Below are positions 10,031-18,345 of a stretch of 64,000 nt of DNA, piece after piece. Origin of the DNA: Candidatus Kaiserbacteria bacterium RIFCSPHIGHO2_01_FULL_53_29 (lineage in GTDB: Bacteria > Patescibacteriota > Minisyncoccia > Phycocordibacterales > UBA2100); contig MFKT01000001.1 in assembly GCA_001781125.1 (NCBI GenBank), positions 3,630 through 67,629 of the forward strand. Direction: 5' to 3'. The notes beneath the pieces are model-generated. The model saw only the letters and a list, made by a program, of their open reading frames with translations. It was not told the DNA's origin and searched no databases. Every line of letters starts with the position of its first letter. Position 1 is the stretch's first letter. Made by a program: the position numbers and the translations under genes.

Positions 10031-10873
10031 ATGAAAACATACAAACCAACATCGAAGTCCCAGCGTCAGCACACGAGCATTGAGTACCGCAAGCTTCTTT
10101 CGGGGCACAAGCCGGAGAAATCCCTTATGAAAGGTCGCCGCAGCTTCGGCGGGCGCAACTCATTTGGCCGAATCACGGTGCGCCATCAGGGCGGTGGGCA
10201 CAAGAAGACGTATCGGCAGGTGGATTTCAAATTCAATAAGAAAAATATCCCCGCGAAGGTCACTTCCATCGAGTACGACCCGTTCCGCTCCGGCTTCATC
10301 GGACTTGCCGTATATGCCGACGGGGAGAAGCGCTATTGTCTCGTGCCGCAGAAGGTGAAAGTGGGTGACACATTTCTTGTTTCCGAGAATGCTCCCGTAA
10401 CGCTCGCCAACCGATTGCCGCTGGGGAATATGCCAGTGGGAACATTCGTATACAACATCGAATTGAAGCCGGGCGAGGGCGCTGTCATCGCGCGTTCCGC
10501 GGGGAATTACTGCGAAGTCGTGGCACAAGATGCGGGCTACACGCACATCAAAATGCCCTCGACAGAAATACGCCGCGTCATCTCGACCGCGTGGGCGTCG
10601 GTGGGTGAAGTGTCCAACGAAGAGCATCGCTTGGTGAATCTCGGCAAAGCTGGCCGTAGCCGATGGCTAGGGCGTCGGCCGACTGTTCGCGGTACGGCAA
10701 TGAACCCGGTGGATCACCCGCACGGCGGAGGCGAAGGCAAGCAAGGTCGTGGTTCCCGCCGCCAGAAGACCATGTGGGGCAAACCTTCAGGCAAGGGCCA
10801 AAAGACGAGGCGGCCCAAGAAATATTCCAACGTCTTTATCGTCTCCCGCCGCAAAGTCGGGAAGAGGAAGTAA
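10031..10873 (+). CDS. rplB: 50S ribosomal protein L2
   Basis: GRITVRHQGGG, VRGTAMNPVDHPHGGGEG. Confidence 0.98.
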   Translation: MKTYKPTSKSQRQHTSIEYRKLLSGHKPEKSLMKGRRSFGGRNSFGRITVRHQGGGHKKTYRQVDFKFNKKNIPAKVTSIEYDPFRSGFIGLAVYADGEKRYCLVPQKVKVGDTFLVSENAPVTLANRLPLGNMPVGTFVYNIELKPGEGAVIARSAGNYCEVVAQDAGYTHIKMPSTEIRRVISTAWASVGEVSNEEHRLVNLGKAGRSRWLGRRPTVRGTAMNPVDHPHGGGEGKQGRGSRRQKTMWGKPSGKGQKTRRPKKYSNVFIVSRRKVGKRK

Positions 10874-10893
10874 ATTGTGCTGGCGTTGCGGTA

Positions 10894-10926
10894 TTGACAC
10901 GAATACGCCTGTAGATACAATGTATC
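10894..10926 (+). promoter_or_regulatory. Promoter and operator of mazEF
   Basis: TTGACA-N16-TACAAT-N6-ATG; palindrome gataca-a-tgtatc over the -10. Confidence 0.7.
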
Positions 10927-10927
10927 A

Positions 10928-11176
10928 ATGGCAACAAAAGTCCAAAAATGGGGGAATAGTCTCGCAGTCAGGATCCCCGACAATGTCGTTGAAGATGCCG
11001 GACTTGTTCCAGGAAAAGAAGTAACCGTCAGAAACGTCCGCAATACGGTCGTTATCACTCCGGTGAACGCAAAAAGGCGCCCGACACTCGAAGAACTCGT
11101 CGCTCGCATAACTCCCGAGAATCGGCACGACTATCAGTGGGGGGGAGTCGAGCCCGTTGGGAAGGAAATATGGTGA
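10928..11176 (+). CDS. mazE: AbrB/MazE family antitoxin
   Basis: KVQKWGNSLAVRIP ... TLEELVARITPENRH ... VGKEIW. Confidence 0.93.
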   Translation: MATKVQKWGNSLAVRIPDNVVEDAGLVPGKEVTVRNVRNTVVITPVNAKRRPTLEELVARITPENRHDYQWGGVEPVGKEIW

Positions 11177-11523
11177 AGGAAGGGTCACCACGCTATGTGC
11201 CAAATCGTGGAGATATTATATGGATCCAATTTTCACAGCGCAGAGGGCATGAGCAGGGTGGGCGAAGGCCAGCCATCATTCTTTCCTCGAAACAGTTCAG
11301 CGAACGTACTTCTTTTATATTCTGCTGTCCGATTACTTCAAAGGTGAAAGGATACGTTTTTGAAGTTCCCATAGCGGCCGGCCGAATACGAGGTGCGGTA
11401 CTTGCTGATCAAGCCTACACGTTTGACTGGCAGGCTCGTCGCCCAACATACGCGGCCCGCGCACCCGAAGCGGTCGTATCAAAGGTGGGTGAGTTGATCT
11501 CGATCCTCGCCCAAGGCGCATAG
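11170..11523 (+). CDS. mazF: MazF/PemK endoribonuclease toxin
   Basis: RGDIIW, GHEQGGRRPAIILS, CPITS; overlaps the mazE stop. Confidence 0.93.
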   Translation: MVKEGSPRYVPNRGDIIWIQFSQRRGHEQGGRRPAIILSSKQFSERTSFIFCCPITSKVKGYVFEVPIAAGRIRGAVLADQAYTFDWQARRPTYAARAPEAVVSKVGELISILAQGA

Positions 11524-11558
11524 TCCCACTTTCTAAGCCAAACCTACAGGCAAAAGAT

Positions 11559-11587
11559 TTGACTTATCAAGTCATTTCCTATACATT
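11559..11587 (+). promoter_or_regulatory. Internal promoter upstream of rpsS
   Basis: TTGACT-N17-TACATT followed by hairpin cccgc-gaag-gcggg. Confidence 0.55.
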
Positions 11588-11631
11588 ATGCGGACTCCCG
11601 CGAAGGCGGGTTTAATTTTGACTTGTATTCA

Positions 11632-11666
11632 CTAACACCTAGAACCTAGTCCCTAGCACCTAGTTC
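11632..11666 (+). repeat. 5 x 7-nt CTA-N4 array before rpsS
   Basis: ctaacac ctagaac ctagtcc ctagcac ctagttc at ATG. Confidence 0.85.
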
Positions 11667-11668
11667 AT

Positions 11669-12016
11669 ATGACACGCTCGCTCAAAAAAGGTCCCTACGT
11701 GGACGCGAAGTTGATGAAGAAAGTATCTCTGCGTAAAGCCACGCAGGGGTCTATTAAGACGTGGGCGCGCAGCTCGCAGATCGCACCGGAATTCGTCGGC
11801 TACACGTTTGCGGTGCACAACGGCAAAAGCTTCGAAGAGGTATATGTCTCCGAAGACATGGTCGGGCACCGGTTGGGTGAATTCTCACCGACGACCAAAT
11901 TCATCAAGCACGGCGGAAAGATGCAGAAAGAGACCGAGATGGCGGCCAAGGCCGCGGAAATCGCAGCGGCAACAGCAGCCAAGGCGACTACCACGACGAC
12001 CGCCGCAAAGAAATAA
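11669..12016 (+). CDS. rpsS: 30S ribosomal protein S19 with Ala/Thr C-terminal tail
   Basis: [22 protein letters not shown]. Confidence 0.97.
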   Translation: MTRSLKKGPYVDAKLMKKVSLRKATQGSIKTWARSSQIAPEFVGYTFAVHNGKSFEEVYVSEDMVGHRLGEFSPTTKFIKHGGKMQKETEMAAKAAEIAAATAAKATTTTTAAKK

Positions 12017-12022
12017 TCTATG

Positions 12023-12154
12023 CCCGGCAGGACAATTTCGAATTGCTCACTATGAAAACTCACGAAACTACATCAAACGGAATAACCAAAGTGGTTTTAC
12101 TTACGGCCGTTGTTGAAACCTCGCAGGGAATTATTCGAAATTGTACTAGCCGGG
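12023..12154 (+). mobile_element. 132-bp start-codon element, copy 2 (rpsS-rplV)
   Basis: Same terminal repeats, TATG flanks; mini-ORFs 12020-12055 and 12052-12159. Confidence 0.9.
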
Positions 12155-12155
12155 T

Positions 12156-12599
12156 ATGAAAGCCACACTTACCAACTATCATCAGTCGCCGCGCAAGGTG
12201 GGGCTTGTTGCGAGTCTCATTCGCGGCAAGAGTGTTGTTGCTGCGCGCGCCGCATTGCTCTACTTGCCCAAAAAATCCTCGCCCGCGATCGGCAAGCTTC
12301 TGGACAGCGCCATTGCCAACGCCAACCGCGTAGGAGCGACGGCAGAAGATCTTTTTGTAAAGACGATTACGGTCAACAAGGGCGCCATCATGCGCCGGGC
12401 CAGGCCCTTTGCCCGTGGCCGCTCCGGCTCTATTAGGAAGACGATGAGCATTGTGTTCCTCGAACTCGGCCCTATCTCCGCCAAGGCTTCGAAGGGTAAG
12501 CACGCACCGAAAGCAGCGAATGTCAAAACTTCCAAAAAGTCCAACCGCAAGACAGGAAGTTCGAAGAAATCAAAGAAAGAACTAGTCCCTAGCACCTAG
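12156..12599 (+). CDS. rplV: 50S ribosomal protein L22 with Lys-rich tail
   Basis: SPRKVGLVASLIRGK, SAIANA, PFARGR. Confidence 0.96.
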   Translation: MKATLTNYHQSPRKVGLVASLIRGKSVVAARAALLYLPKKSSPAIGKLLDSAIANANRVGATAEDLFVKTITVNKGAIMRRARPFARGRSGSIRKTMSIVFLELGPISAKASKGKHAPKAANVKTSKKSNRKTGSSKKSKKELVPST

Positions 12600-12616
12600 T
12601 CCCTAGCACCTATTTA
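12582..12616 (+). repeat. 5 x 7-nt CTA-N4 array supplying the rplV stop, before rpsC
   Basis: ctagtcc ctagcac ctagtcc ctagcac ctattta t ATG. Confidence 0.85.
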
Positions 12617-12617
12617 T

Positions 12618-13319
12618 ATGACCCACACCGTACATCCATACGCCCACCGCCTCGGCATCATCCGCGACTGGAAATCGCGCTGGTTCTCCAAATCACCGGC
12701 GAAATATCGCGAGAACGTCTGTGTGGATGCCGCCATCCGCCGCTTCCTCAAGAAGCGCTTGCGGGGCAATTACGTTACCTCTGTCGAGATCGAGCGCAAC
12801 GAAAAGGCGATCCGCTGTCTGATCAGGACGTCGCGTCCGGGACTTGTCATCGGTCGTGGCGGGGAAGGCTCGACCAAGCTCACCAAGGAAATCGAGAAGG
12901 TCATCCGCACCGTGCCGCCCGCCAGAGGCGGGTCCTCCTTCGGAGGAAAAGCCTCCCCTCTCTCTGTGCGGCTCGATATCGAAGAGGTTCGCTCGCCGGA
13001 ATCACAATCACCGGTCGTCGCCTACATGGTCGCCGAAGGATTGGAAAAGCGACAGACGTTCCGCCGCGTCCTGAAACAGACGGTGGAGAAAGTGATGGCG
13101 AATCGTGATGTCCAAGGGGTGCGCATCGCCATCGCCGGCCGCCTCGGGGGAGCAGAGATGTCCCGCACCGAAGAGATCAAGCGCGGTCGCGTGCCTCTGC
13201 AGACTCTGCGCGCCGATATCGATTTTGCGCGCGAGACTGCGTATCTCCCGTATGGCGTTATCGGCATCAAAGTCTGGATCTACCGCGGCGACATCTTTGA
13301 TAAAGACGCAAAGAAGTAA
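12618..13319 (+). CDS. rpsC: 30S ribosomal protein S3
   Basis: RLGIIRDWKSRWF, GRVPLQTLRADID, YGVIGIKVWIY. Confidence 0.98.
   Translation: MTHTVHPYAHRLGIIRDWKSRWFSKSPAKYRENVCVDAAIRRFLKKRLRGNYVTSVEIERNEKAIRCLIRTSRPGLVIGRGGEGSTKLTKEIEKVIRTVPPARGGSSFGGKASPLSVRLDIEEVRSPESQSPVVAYMVAEGLEKRQTFRRVLKQTVEKVMANRDVQGVRIAIAGRLGGAEMSRTEEIKRGRVPLQTLRADIDFARETAYLPYGVIGIKVWIYRGDIFDKDAKK
12918..12950 (+). repeat. 33-nt in-frame double-hairpin insertion in rpsC
   Basis: cccgccagaggcggg tcctccttcggagga aaa (PARGGSSFGGK); sister copy at 49670-49702. Confidence 0.75.
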
Positions 13320-13334
13320 TTGCATTTGAATTTA

Positions 13335-13369
13335 CTATTCCCTAGCACCTATTCCCTAAAACCTAACTC
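13335..13369 (+). repeat. 5 x 7-nt CTA-N4 array before rplP
   Basis: ctattcc ctagcac ctattcc ctaaaac ctaactc ttt ATG. Confidence 0.85.
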
Positions 13370-13372
13370 TTT

Positions 13373-13795
13373 ATGTTGGCACCGAAAAAAGCGAAATACC
13401 GCAAATGGCAAACGGGCCGCAGGCGCGGAGCGCGTCTGGTGAAGCCGGAGACCCGGGGCATCACGGTCGCATTTGGCCAATTTGGATTGAAAGCGCTCAC
13501 ACAAGCACGCGTCACGTCCAATCAACTTGAAGCCGCGCGTCGCGCGCTTTCGCGCGCAGGCGGGAAATCCGCCAAGATCTGGACACGCATCTTTCCCGAC
13601 AGGCCGTTCACGCAAAAGGCTGCCGAAGTGGGCATGGGAAGCGGTAAGGGCGATGTCGCGGGTTACGTGTTCGAAGTGCGTCCGGGCCGGATTCTCTTCG
13701 AGATCGATGGCGCACCAGAGCAACAGGCCCGCGAGGCACTCCGCAAAGCTGGCACAAAATTGCCGCTCAAGGCTCGTGTCGTCGGGCGCGATTAG
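13373..13795 (+). CDS. rplP: 50S ribosomal protein L16
   Basis: MLAPKKAKYRK, RIFPDRP, MGSGKG, TKLP. Confidence 0.97.
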   Translation: MLAPKKAKYRKWQTGRRRGARLVKPETRGITVAFGQFGLKALTQARVTSNQLEAARRALSRAGGKSAKIWTRIFPDRPFTQKAAEVGMGSGKGDVAGYVFEVRPGRILFEIDGAPEQQAREALRKAGTKLPLKARVVGRD

Positions 13796-13825
13796 TTCGA
13801 CCACCGCATCACTCTAAATAAATTT

Positions 13826-14014
13826 ATGGATGATTTTTCAAAACAAGACATTGCGGAATTGCAGAAGCTCGTCGCTGACAAGCGCGAAGCATTGCGCGTA
13901 TTCCGATTTGGGGCAGAGGGTAGCCGCTCGCGCAATGTGCGCGAAGGGCGGACATTGCGCAAAGATATCGCACGCTTGCTCACTGAAGTCAGGAAGCGTA
14001 GTATCGCACAATAA
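13826..14014 (+). CDS. rpmC: 50S ribosomal protein L29
   Basis: LRKDIARLLT; operon position. Confidence 0.93.
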   Translation: MDDFSKQDIAELQKLVADKREALRVFRFGAEGSRSRNVREGRTLRKDIARLLTEVRKRSIAQ

Positions 14015-14016
14015 GT

Positions 14017-14292
14017 ATGGACGAAACTGAACAAAATGTTGGTAAAACGTTCGATGGCGTTGTCGTAAAGACGGCGATGAAAGACACGGCAAGCGTGCTG
14101 GTGGAACGCTATGTGAAGCATCCGAAATACAAAAAGTACATGCGCAAGAGTCAGAAGTTCCTCGTGCACGATCCGGGCAATACCGCTCAAGTCGGAGAGG
14201 AAGTTGTCATTCGCGAAACCCGTCCGATCTCCAAGCGCAAGCGCTTCATCCTCGTCTCCCGTATTTCCCCTTCGCTACAAGCTACAAGCTAA
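14017..14292 (+). CDS. rpsQ: 30S ribosomal protein S17
   Basis: GVVV..MKDT, HPKYKK, ETRPISKRKRF. Confidence 0.96.
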   Translation: MDETEQNVGKTFDGVVVKTAMKDTASVLVERYVKHPKYKKYMRKSQKFLVHDPGNTAQVGEEVVIRETRPISKRKRFILVSRISPSLQATS

Positions 14293-14309
14293 CGGCTACA
14301 AGCTTTTTC
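14275..14309 (+). repeat. 7-nt CTACAAG array supplying the rpsQ stop, before rplN
   Basis: ctacaag ctacaag ctaacgg ctacaag ctttttc ttt ATG. Confidence 0.8.
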
Positions 14310-14312
14310 TTT

Positions 14313-14693
14313 ATGATCCAAGACAGAACCCTTGTGAAAATTGCAGACAATTCCGGCGGCATCATCGGCCGGGTCTTCAAGATATTGGGCGGCTCGAAGC
14401 GCCGCTACGCTGGTATCGGCGACGAGATCGTCATCTCCATCCAGACCGCGCAGCCACGCAAATCGGTGAAGAAGAAAGAAGTGCACCGCGCCGTCGTCGT
14501 GCGTCAGACCAAAGCCTTTCGGCGGGCCGACGGCTCATACGTGCGTTTTGATGAAAATGCCGTCGTTCTTATCGCCGGATCGGGCAAAGAGCCCAGGGAG
14601 CCGAAAGCCAATCGTGTCTTCGGTCCTATCCCGCGTGAGGTCGTTGAGCGCGGATATCAGCGCATCGGCTCGCTCGCGCCGGAGATTGTATAA
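14313..14693 (+). CDS. rplN: 50S ribosomal protein L14
   Basis: MIQ...ADNSG, FDENAVV, SLAPEIV. Confidence 0.97.
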   Translation: MIQDRTLVKIADNSGGIIGRVFKILGGSKRRYAGIGDEIVISIQTAQPRKSVKKKEVHRAVVVRQTKAFRRADGSYVRFDENAVVLIAGSGKEPREPKANRVFGPIPREVVERGYQRIGSLAPEIV

Positions 14694-14700
14694 ATGTATG

Positions 14701-14832
14701 CCCGGCAGGACAATTTCGAATTGCCTTATATGAATATTCACCAGCGTATGAAAGAAAAACTAACTAACGGGCTTTGCAAAGTGTTCGCAGTTGAAACTGC
14801 GGCAGGAATTATTCGAAATTGTACTAGCCGGG
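14701..14832 (+). mobile_element. 132-bp start-codon element, copy 3 (rplN-rplX)
   Basis: Same terminal repeats, TATG flanks; mini-ORFs 14698-14733 and 14730-14837. Confidence 0.9.
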
Positions 14833-14833
14833 T

Positions 14834-15145
14834 ATGAAATTGAAAAAAGGAGATAAAGTGCTGGTAATAGCGGGGAAAAATAAGGGTCAAAGCGGTGCCA
14901 TTGTCCGGGTCCTGACGTCCCAAAACAAGGTGCTCCTCGACGGCATCAATCTTGTGAAGCGCCACCGCAAGCCATCCGCACAGAACCGCAAGGGCCAGAT
15001 CGTCGACAAGCCGATGCCCATTCATGCGTCCAATGTAATGCTTGCCGACCCAAAGACAGGGAAGCCGACACGTATCAAGATCGTGCGCGGCAAGGATGGC
15101 GAGCGCCAGCGCGTCGCCGTTAAAAGCGGACAGGAACTGAATTAA
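14834..15145 (+). CDS. rplX: 50S ribosomal protein L24
   Basis: KKGDKVLVIAGKNKG, PIHASNV. Confidence 0.97.
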   Translation: MKLKKGDKVLVIAGKNKGQSGAIVRVLTSQNKVLLDGINLVKRHRKPSAQNRKGQIVDKPMPIHASNVMLADPKTGKPTRIKIVRGKDGERQRVAVKSGQELN

Positions 15146-15146
15146 T

Positions 15147-15686
15147 ATGGCTACTGCAACTCCACAGATGAGAACGTTCGAGGCCCTGAAGAATGAGCTC
15201 GGCTATAAAAATGTCATGCAAGCGCCGCGCGTGCAGAAGATTGTCGTCTCGACCGGCGTCGGCAAGACCAACAAAGACAAGAAGCGCCTTGAGTTGGTGC
15301 GAGACAGACTCTCAAGGATCACCGGACAGGCCGCAGCCCCGCGCGCCGCCAAGAAAGCGATTGCCAATTTCAAGAGCCGCGCGGGAGACACGGTGGGCTA
15401 TCAGGTAACACTTCGAGGTGCTCGGCAGCAGGCATTTCTGAACAAGCTCATCCACATCGTCTTTCCGCGGGGCAAAGACTTCCGCGGCATCAAGCTTTCG
15501 GCGATTGATGAAATGGGCAACATTTCCATCGGGCTCAAAGAGCACACGGTATTTCCCGAGACTTCCGATGAGGATGCCAAAGACATTTTCGGTCTTGCCA
15601 TCACCATCGTGACGAGCGCCAAGAACAAAAAAGAAGCAGAAGCCTTTTTGCGTCACCTCGGTTTGCCTCTCCAGGAGGCGAAATAA
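15147..15686 (+). CDS. rplE: 50S ribosomal protein L5
   Basis: ITGQ...AKKAIANFK, KDFRG, EHTVFPE. Confidence 0.97.
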   Translation: MATATPQMRTFEALKNELGYKNVMQAPRVQKIVVSTGVGKTNKDKKRLELVRDRLSRITGQAAAPRAAKKAIANFKSRAGDTVGYQVTLRGARQQAFLNKLIHIVFPRGKDFRGIKLSAIDEMGNISIGLKEHTVFPETSDEDAKDIFGLAITIVTSAKNKKEAEAFLRHLGLPLQEAK

Positions 15687-15956
15687 TCAGCTCCCGAAGA
15701 GTTGATGATGCGTGCCCACGGCGCGCAAATAGAATGTCTGTGCATCGAGCTTTTTGTATACCAGCCGCCAATCCCCGGTAATATTGATGCTGGAATAACC
15801 ATCGAACGGGTGATGCAACTTGTGGTCGTTGAGCAGAGGATTGCGTTCGTCAGTAATCAACAACTCGATGCGCTTCCACAGCTTGTCCTGCACCCCTAGC
15901 GATAGCTTTTTCGCCTGCCGTTCGAACTCCCGGTGTGTTGGAAATCGCATGGACAC
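15687..15956 (-). CDS. RelE/YafQ-family mRNA interferase toxin
   Basis: LNDHKLH, SINITGDWRLVY, VGTHHQL. Confidence 0.88.
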   Translation of the reverse strand: MSMRFPTHREFERQAKKLSLGVQDKLWKRIELLITDERNPLLNDHKLHHPFDGYSSINITGDWRLVYKKLDAQTFYLRAVGTHHQLFGS

Positions 15957-16228
15957 TATTTCTCAATCGCCGCCCTCAATTCCTCAAGACTATTGTAGGT
16001 TTTTATATTGCGTCCAGTTTTGAGATCTTTCTCGCCCTGTATGAGCAACCGCTTCAAATACGGCGTCGGTTCGTACTCTTGAGCAGAGAAGGTGATTTGT
16101 TCCCGATTAACGATCTCCTTCAGCATCTGATTCATTACAGCGGAAAAGGGGATACCCATTTTCTTCGCCATTTTTTGTGTAGCTTCTTTCAGTTTCTTGT
16201 CTGTCTTGAAAATGACTGTAGTTTGCAT
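15956..16228 (-). CDS. RelB/DinJ-like antitoxin
   Basis: KTDKKLKE..A..MGIPFSAV (RHH fold); TATACT-N7-ATG at 16228; overlaps the toxin start. Confidence 0.85.
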   Translation of the reverse strand: MQTTVIFKTDKKLKEATQKMAKKMGIPFSAVMNQMLKEIVNREQITFSAQEYEPTPYLKRLLIQGEKDLKTGRNIKTYNSLEELRAAIEK

Positions 16229-16353
16229 ATACTGTAGTATATATTCTAGTATAAACCTGTCAAGCAAACAGGGAGGCGAGGCCTCCCTGTAAACTAAACC
16301 TGTATCAACAGGTTGTCGTGTCGAATCCCGATTGTTCCGGTATACTTTTAACT

Positions 16354-16710
16354 ATGGATAACATCAAATACACCGTTAAGAACACAGTAAACGGAGAAAA
16401 AAGAAGCGAAAAGGAATACGAAATTCCTGACAAGGTGAGCGACGTCAAACGGTTGATTGCTGAGATCCAAAGGGACGATGCGCTAATACTGAGGGATGTG
16501 CCGCGCCAAGCACTCGAAGCGTCAGGACGGGATCATGAGAATAAAGTTTGGGGTCACCACGAGGAGAAAGTGACCAATCACGCAAGAAAAATAAATGATC
16601 TTTTTGATCGCTACACTGACCTTAAAAGTGCACCTGAAAAGTTGGACGATGACGGGAAGCAAGTTTTGACTGAACTTGAGAAAATGTTAATTAAAGAAGG
16701 GGTATTGTAA
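16354..16710 (+). CDS. Hypothetical protein, AT-rich
   Basis: TATACT-N7-ATG; open frame. Confidence 0.6.
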   Translation: MDNIKYTVKNTVNGEKRSEKEYEIPDKVSDVKRLIAEIQRDDALILRDVPRQALEASGRDHENKVWGHHEEKVTNHARKINDLFDRYTDLKSAPEKLDDDGKQVLTELEKMLIKEGVL

Positions 16711-16714
16711 TTTG

Positions 16715-16881
16715 TTGACTTCGGCACCCATATCGCGTATATTTGCCGAGCCTCGTAGGGGGCCTTATTTTTTGACCACAGGTTGGAAGAAGAACAAGGC
16801 CACGCGAAGAAGCTTCTGTAAGTCGGCTGCGCAAGCGCCGGATGCAAGGGTTTCTAAGTCTCCTTAGGGGTTTTCACTACA
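16715..16881 (+). promoter_or_regulatory. Internal promoter and ~130-nt leader upstream of rpsN
   Basis: TTGACT-N17-TATATT (16715-16743) followed by a long untranslated leader. Confidence 0.55.
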
Positions 16882-17067
16882 ATGGCAAAGAAGTCAATGA
16901 TCATAAAGGCGAATCGCACGCCGAAATTCTCTAGCCGCACGGTGCGGCGCTGTTTCAAGTGCGGCCGCCCGCGCGGCTTTATGCGCGACTTCAACCTCTG
17001 CCGCATCTGCTTCCGCGAGGAGGCATTGGAAGGCAATATCCCAGGAATCAAAAAATCCTCATGGTAA
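16882..17067 (+). CDS. rpsN: 30S ribosomal protein S14, zinc-binding type
   Basis: CFKCGRPR...LCRICFRE...PGIKKSSW. Confidence 0.97.
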   Translation: MAKKSMIIKANRTPKFSSRTVRRCFKCGRPRGFMRDFNLCRICFREEALEGNIPGIKKSSW

Positions 17068-17178
17068 ATACGAATCTACAAATGAATACAAATCTACGAA
17101 TGGCTACGAATAAAAGCTACGCGAATTCGTTGACATTCGTAGTATTCGCATCTGCACCCCATTCGGATATATGGTAAA
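17061..17178 (+). mobile_element. 110-nt insert between rpsN and rpsH bounded by ATGGTAAA direct repeats, encoding a 38-aa mini-ORF
   Basis: ATGGTAAA at 17061 and 17171; (T)ACGAAT-type repeats followed by inverted ATTCG repeats; open frame 17061-17177. Confidence 0.7.
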
Positions 17179-17566
17179 CGACACAATCGGTGATTTCATA
17201 GTGCGACTTACAAATGCTGGTGCCATCAAGAAGGCGAGCGTCTCAGTGCCGTACTCGGCTTTCAAAATGGCGGTCGCGGAAAAGTTGAAAGACATGGGGC
17301 TCGTGCGAGACATCGAGAAGAAGGGCAAGAAAGTGCGCAAGACGCTCGACGTCGTGCTCAAGTACAACGAAGCGGGGAAGCACGTAATCTCCGGCGTGAA
17401 GCGCATTTCAAAGCCCGGACGGCGCATGTACAAAAGCGTGCATGAAATAATCCCCGTACGTTACGGACACGGCGCCTTGGTGCTTTCGACGCCGAAGGGA
17501 GTCTTGACCGACAAAGAGGCACGCAAGGCTAAGGTCGGCGGGGAAGCTCTCTTCGAGATCTGGTAA
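17171..17566 (+). CDS. rpsH: 30S ribosomal protein S8
   Basis: DTIGDFIVRLTNA, RISKPGRR, STPKGV, VGGE. Confidence 0.97.
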   Translation: MVNDTIGDFIVRLTNAGAIKKASVSVPYSAFKMAVAEKLKDMGLVRDIEKKGKKVRKTLDVVLKYNEAGKHVISGVKRISKPGRRMYKSVHEIIPVRYGHGALVLSTPKGVLTDKEARKAKVGGEALFEIW

Positions 17567-17576
17567 AGAAGATGTT

Positions 17577-17765
17577 ATGAACAAAGTGAATTACATATTC
17601 TTTACCCTCCCAAATTTTGCGCTCAACGCGCTTGAGTCGAATGCAGCACTTTGTCAGAGACCCGTCTCAACAATGCGCTATGTATGGCAGTCAGTTGCGC
17701 GAGCGGAAAATTTAGGAGGGTGGAAGTTATTGCTAAACTCGCTTACACTCGTTAAGCAAAACTAA
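17577..17765 (+). other. Palindromic insert between rpsH and rplF spanned by a 62-codon ORF
   Basis: Inverted repeat 17604-17624 / 17701-17721 (accctcccaaattttgcgctc / gagcggaaaatttaggagggt); ORF stops 2 nt before the rplF ATG. Confidence 0.6.
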
Positions 17766-17767
17766 CC

Positions 17768-18316
17768 ATGTCACGACTCGGCAAACTAGCTATAAAGATC
17801 CCCGCGGGCACCGACGTGTCCGTCGTGTCCCATGAGATCATCGTCAAAGGGAAGGGCGGGACTTTGAAGCGCATGCTTCATCCGGCAGTTTCCGTTGCTA
17901 TCGAAAATGGTGAGGCTTCTGTAACGCCCAAAGAGATGTCGCGCCTCGGCCGGGCACTCTGGGGTACCTACGCTGCGCACGTGCGCAATATGATTTCCGG
18001 AGTAAACACGCCGTTCGTAAAGAAGCTGCAGGTAGAAGGGATCGGCTACAAAGCGGAATTGTCGGGTAAATCTCTCAAACTTGCCGTGGGGTTCTCGCAT
18101 CCGGTCGTGCTTTCGATCCCCGAAGGCATTACCGCGGTGGTGGAGAAAAATATCATTACCGTGTCCGGTGCCGACAAGGAGCAGATCGGAGAATTTGCCG
18201 CATCCATCCGTGCGACCAGGAAGCCGGAGCCGTATAAGGGTAAGGGCATCCGATATGAGGGAGAGGTCGTACGGCAGAAGCAGGGCAAGAAAGCGGCTAC
18301 AGCGGCCGCCGCATAG
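17768..18316 (+). CDS. rplF: 50S ribosomal protein L6
   Basis: MSRLGK, GFSHPV, PEPYKGKGIRY. Confidence 0.98.
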   Translation: MSRLGKLAIKIPAGTDVSVVSHEIIVKGKGGTLKRMLHPAVSVAIENGEASVTPKEMSRLGRALWGTYAAHVRNMISGVNTPFVKKLQVEGIGYKAELSGKSLKLAVGFSHPVVLSIPEGITAVVEKNIITVSGADKEQIGEFAASIRATRKPEPYKGKGIRYEGEVVRQKQGKKAATAAAA

Positions 18317-18345
18317 TTCGACGTTGCTCACTATAAACAAAATAT

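Noticed and set aside
9898-14832. Reading the 132-bp elements as CRISPR repeats or group I/II introns
   Set aside because: The copies are dispersed, bounded by inverted repeats, too short, and lack intron core motifs. RNA-level excision is not excluded but has no support here.
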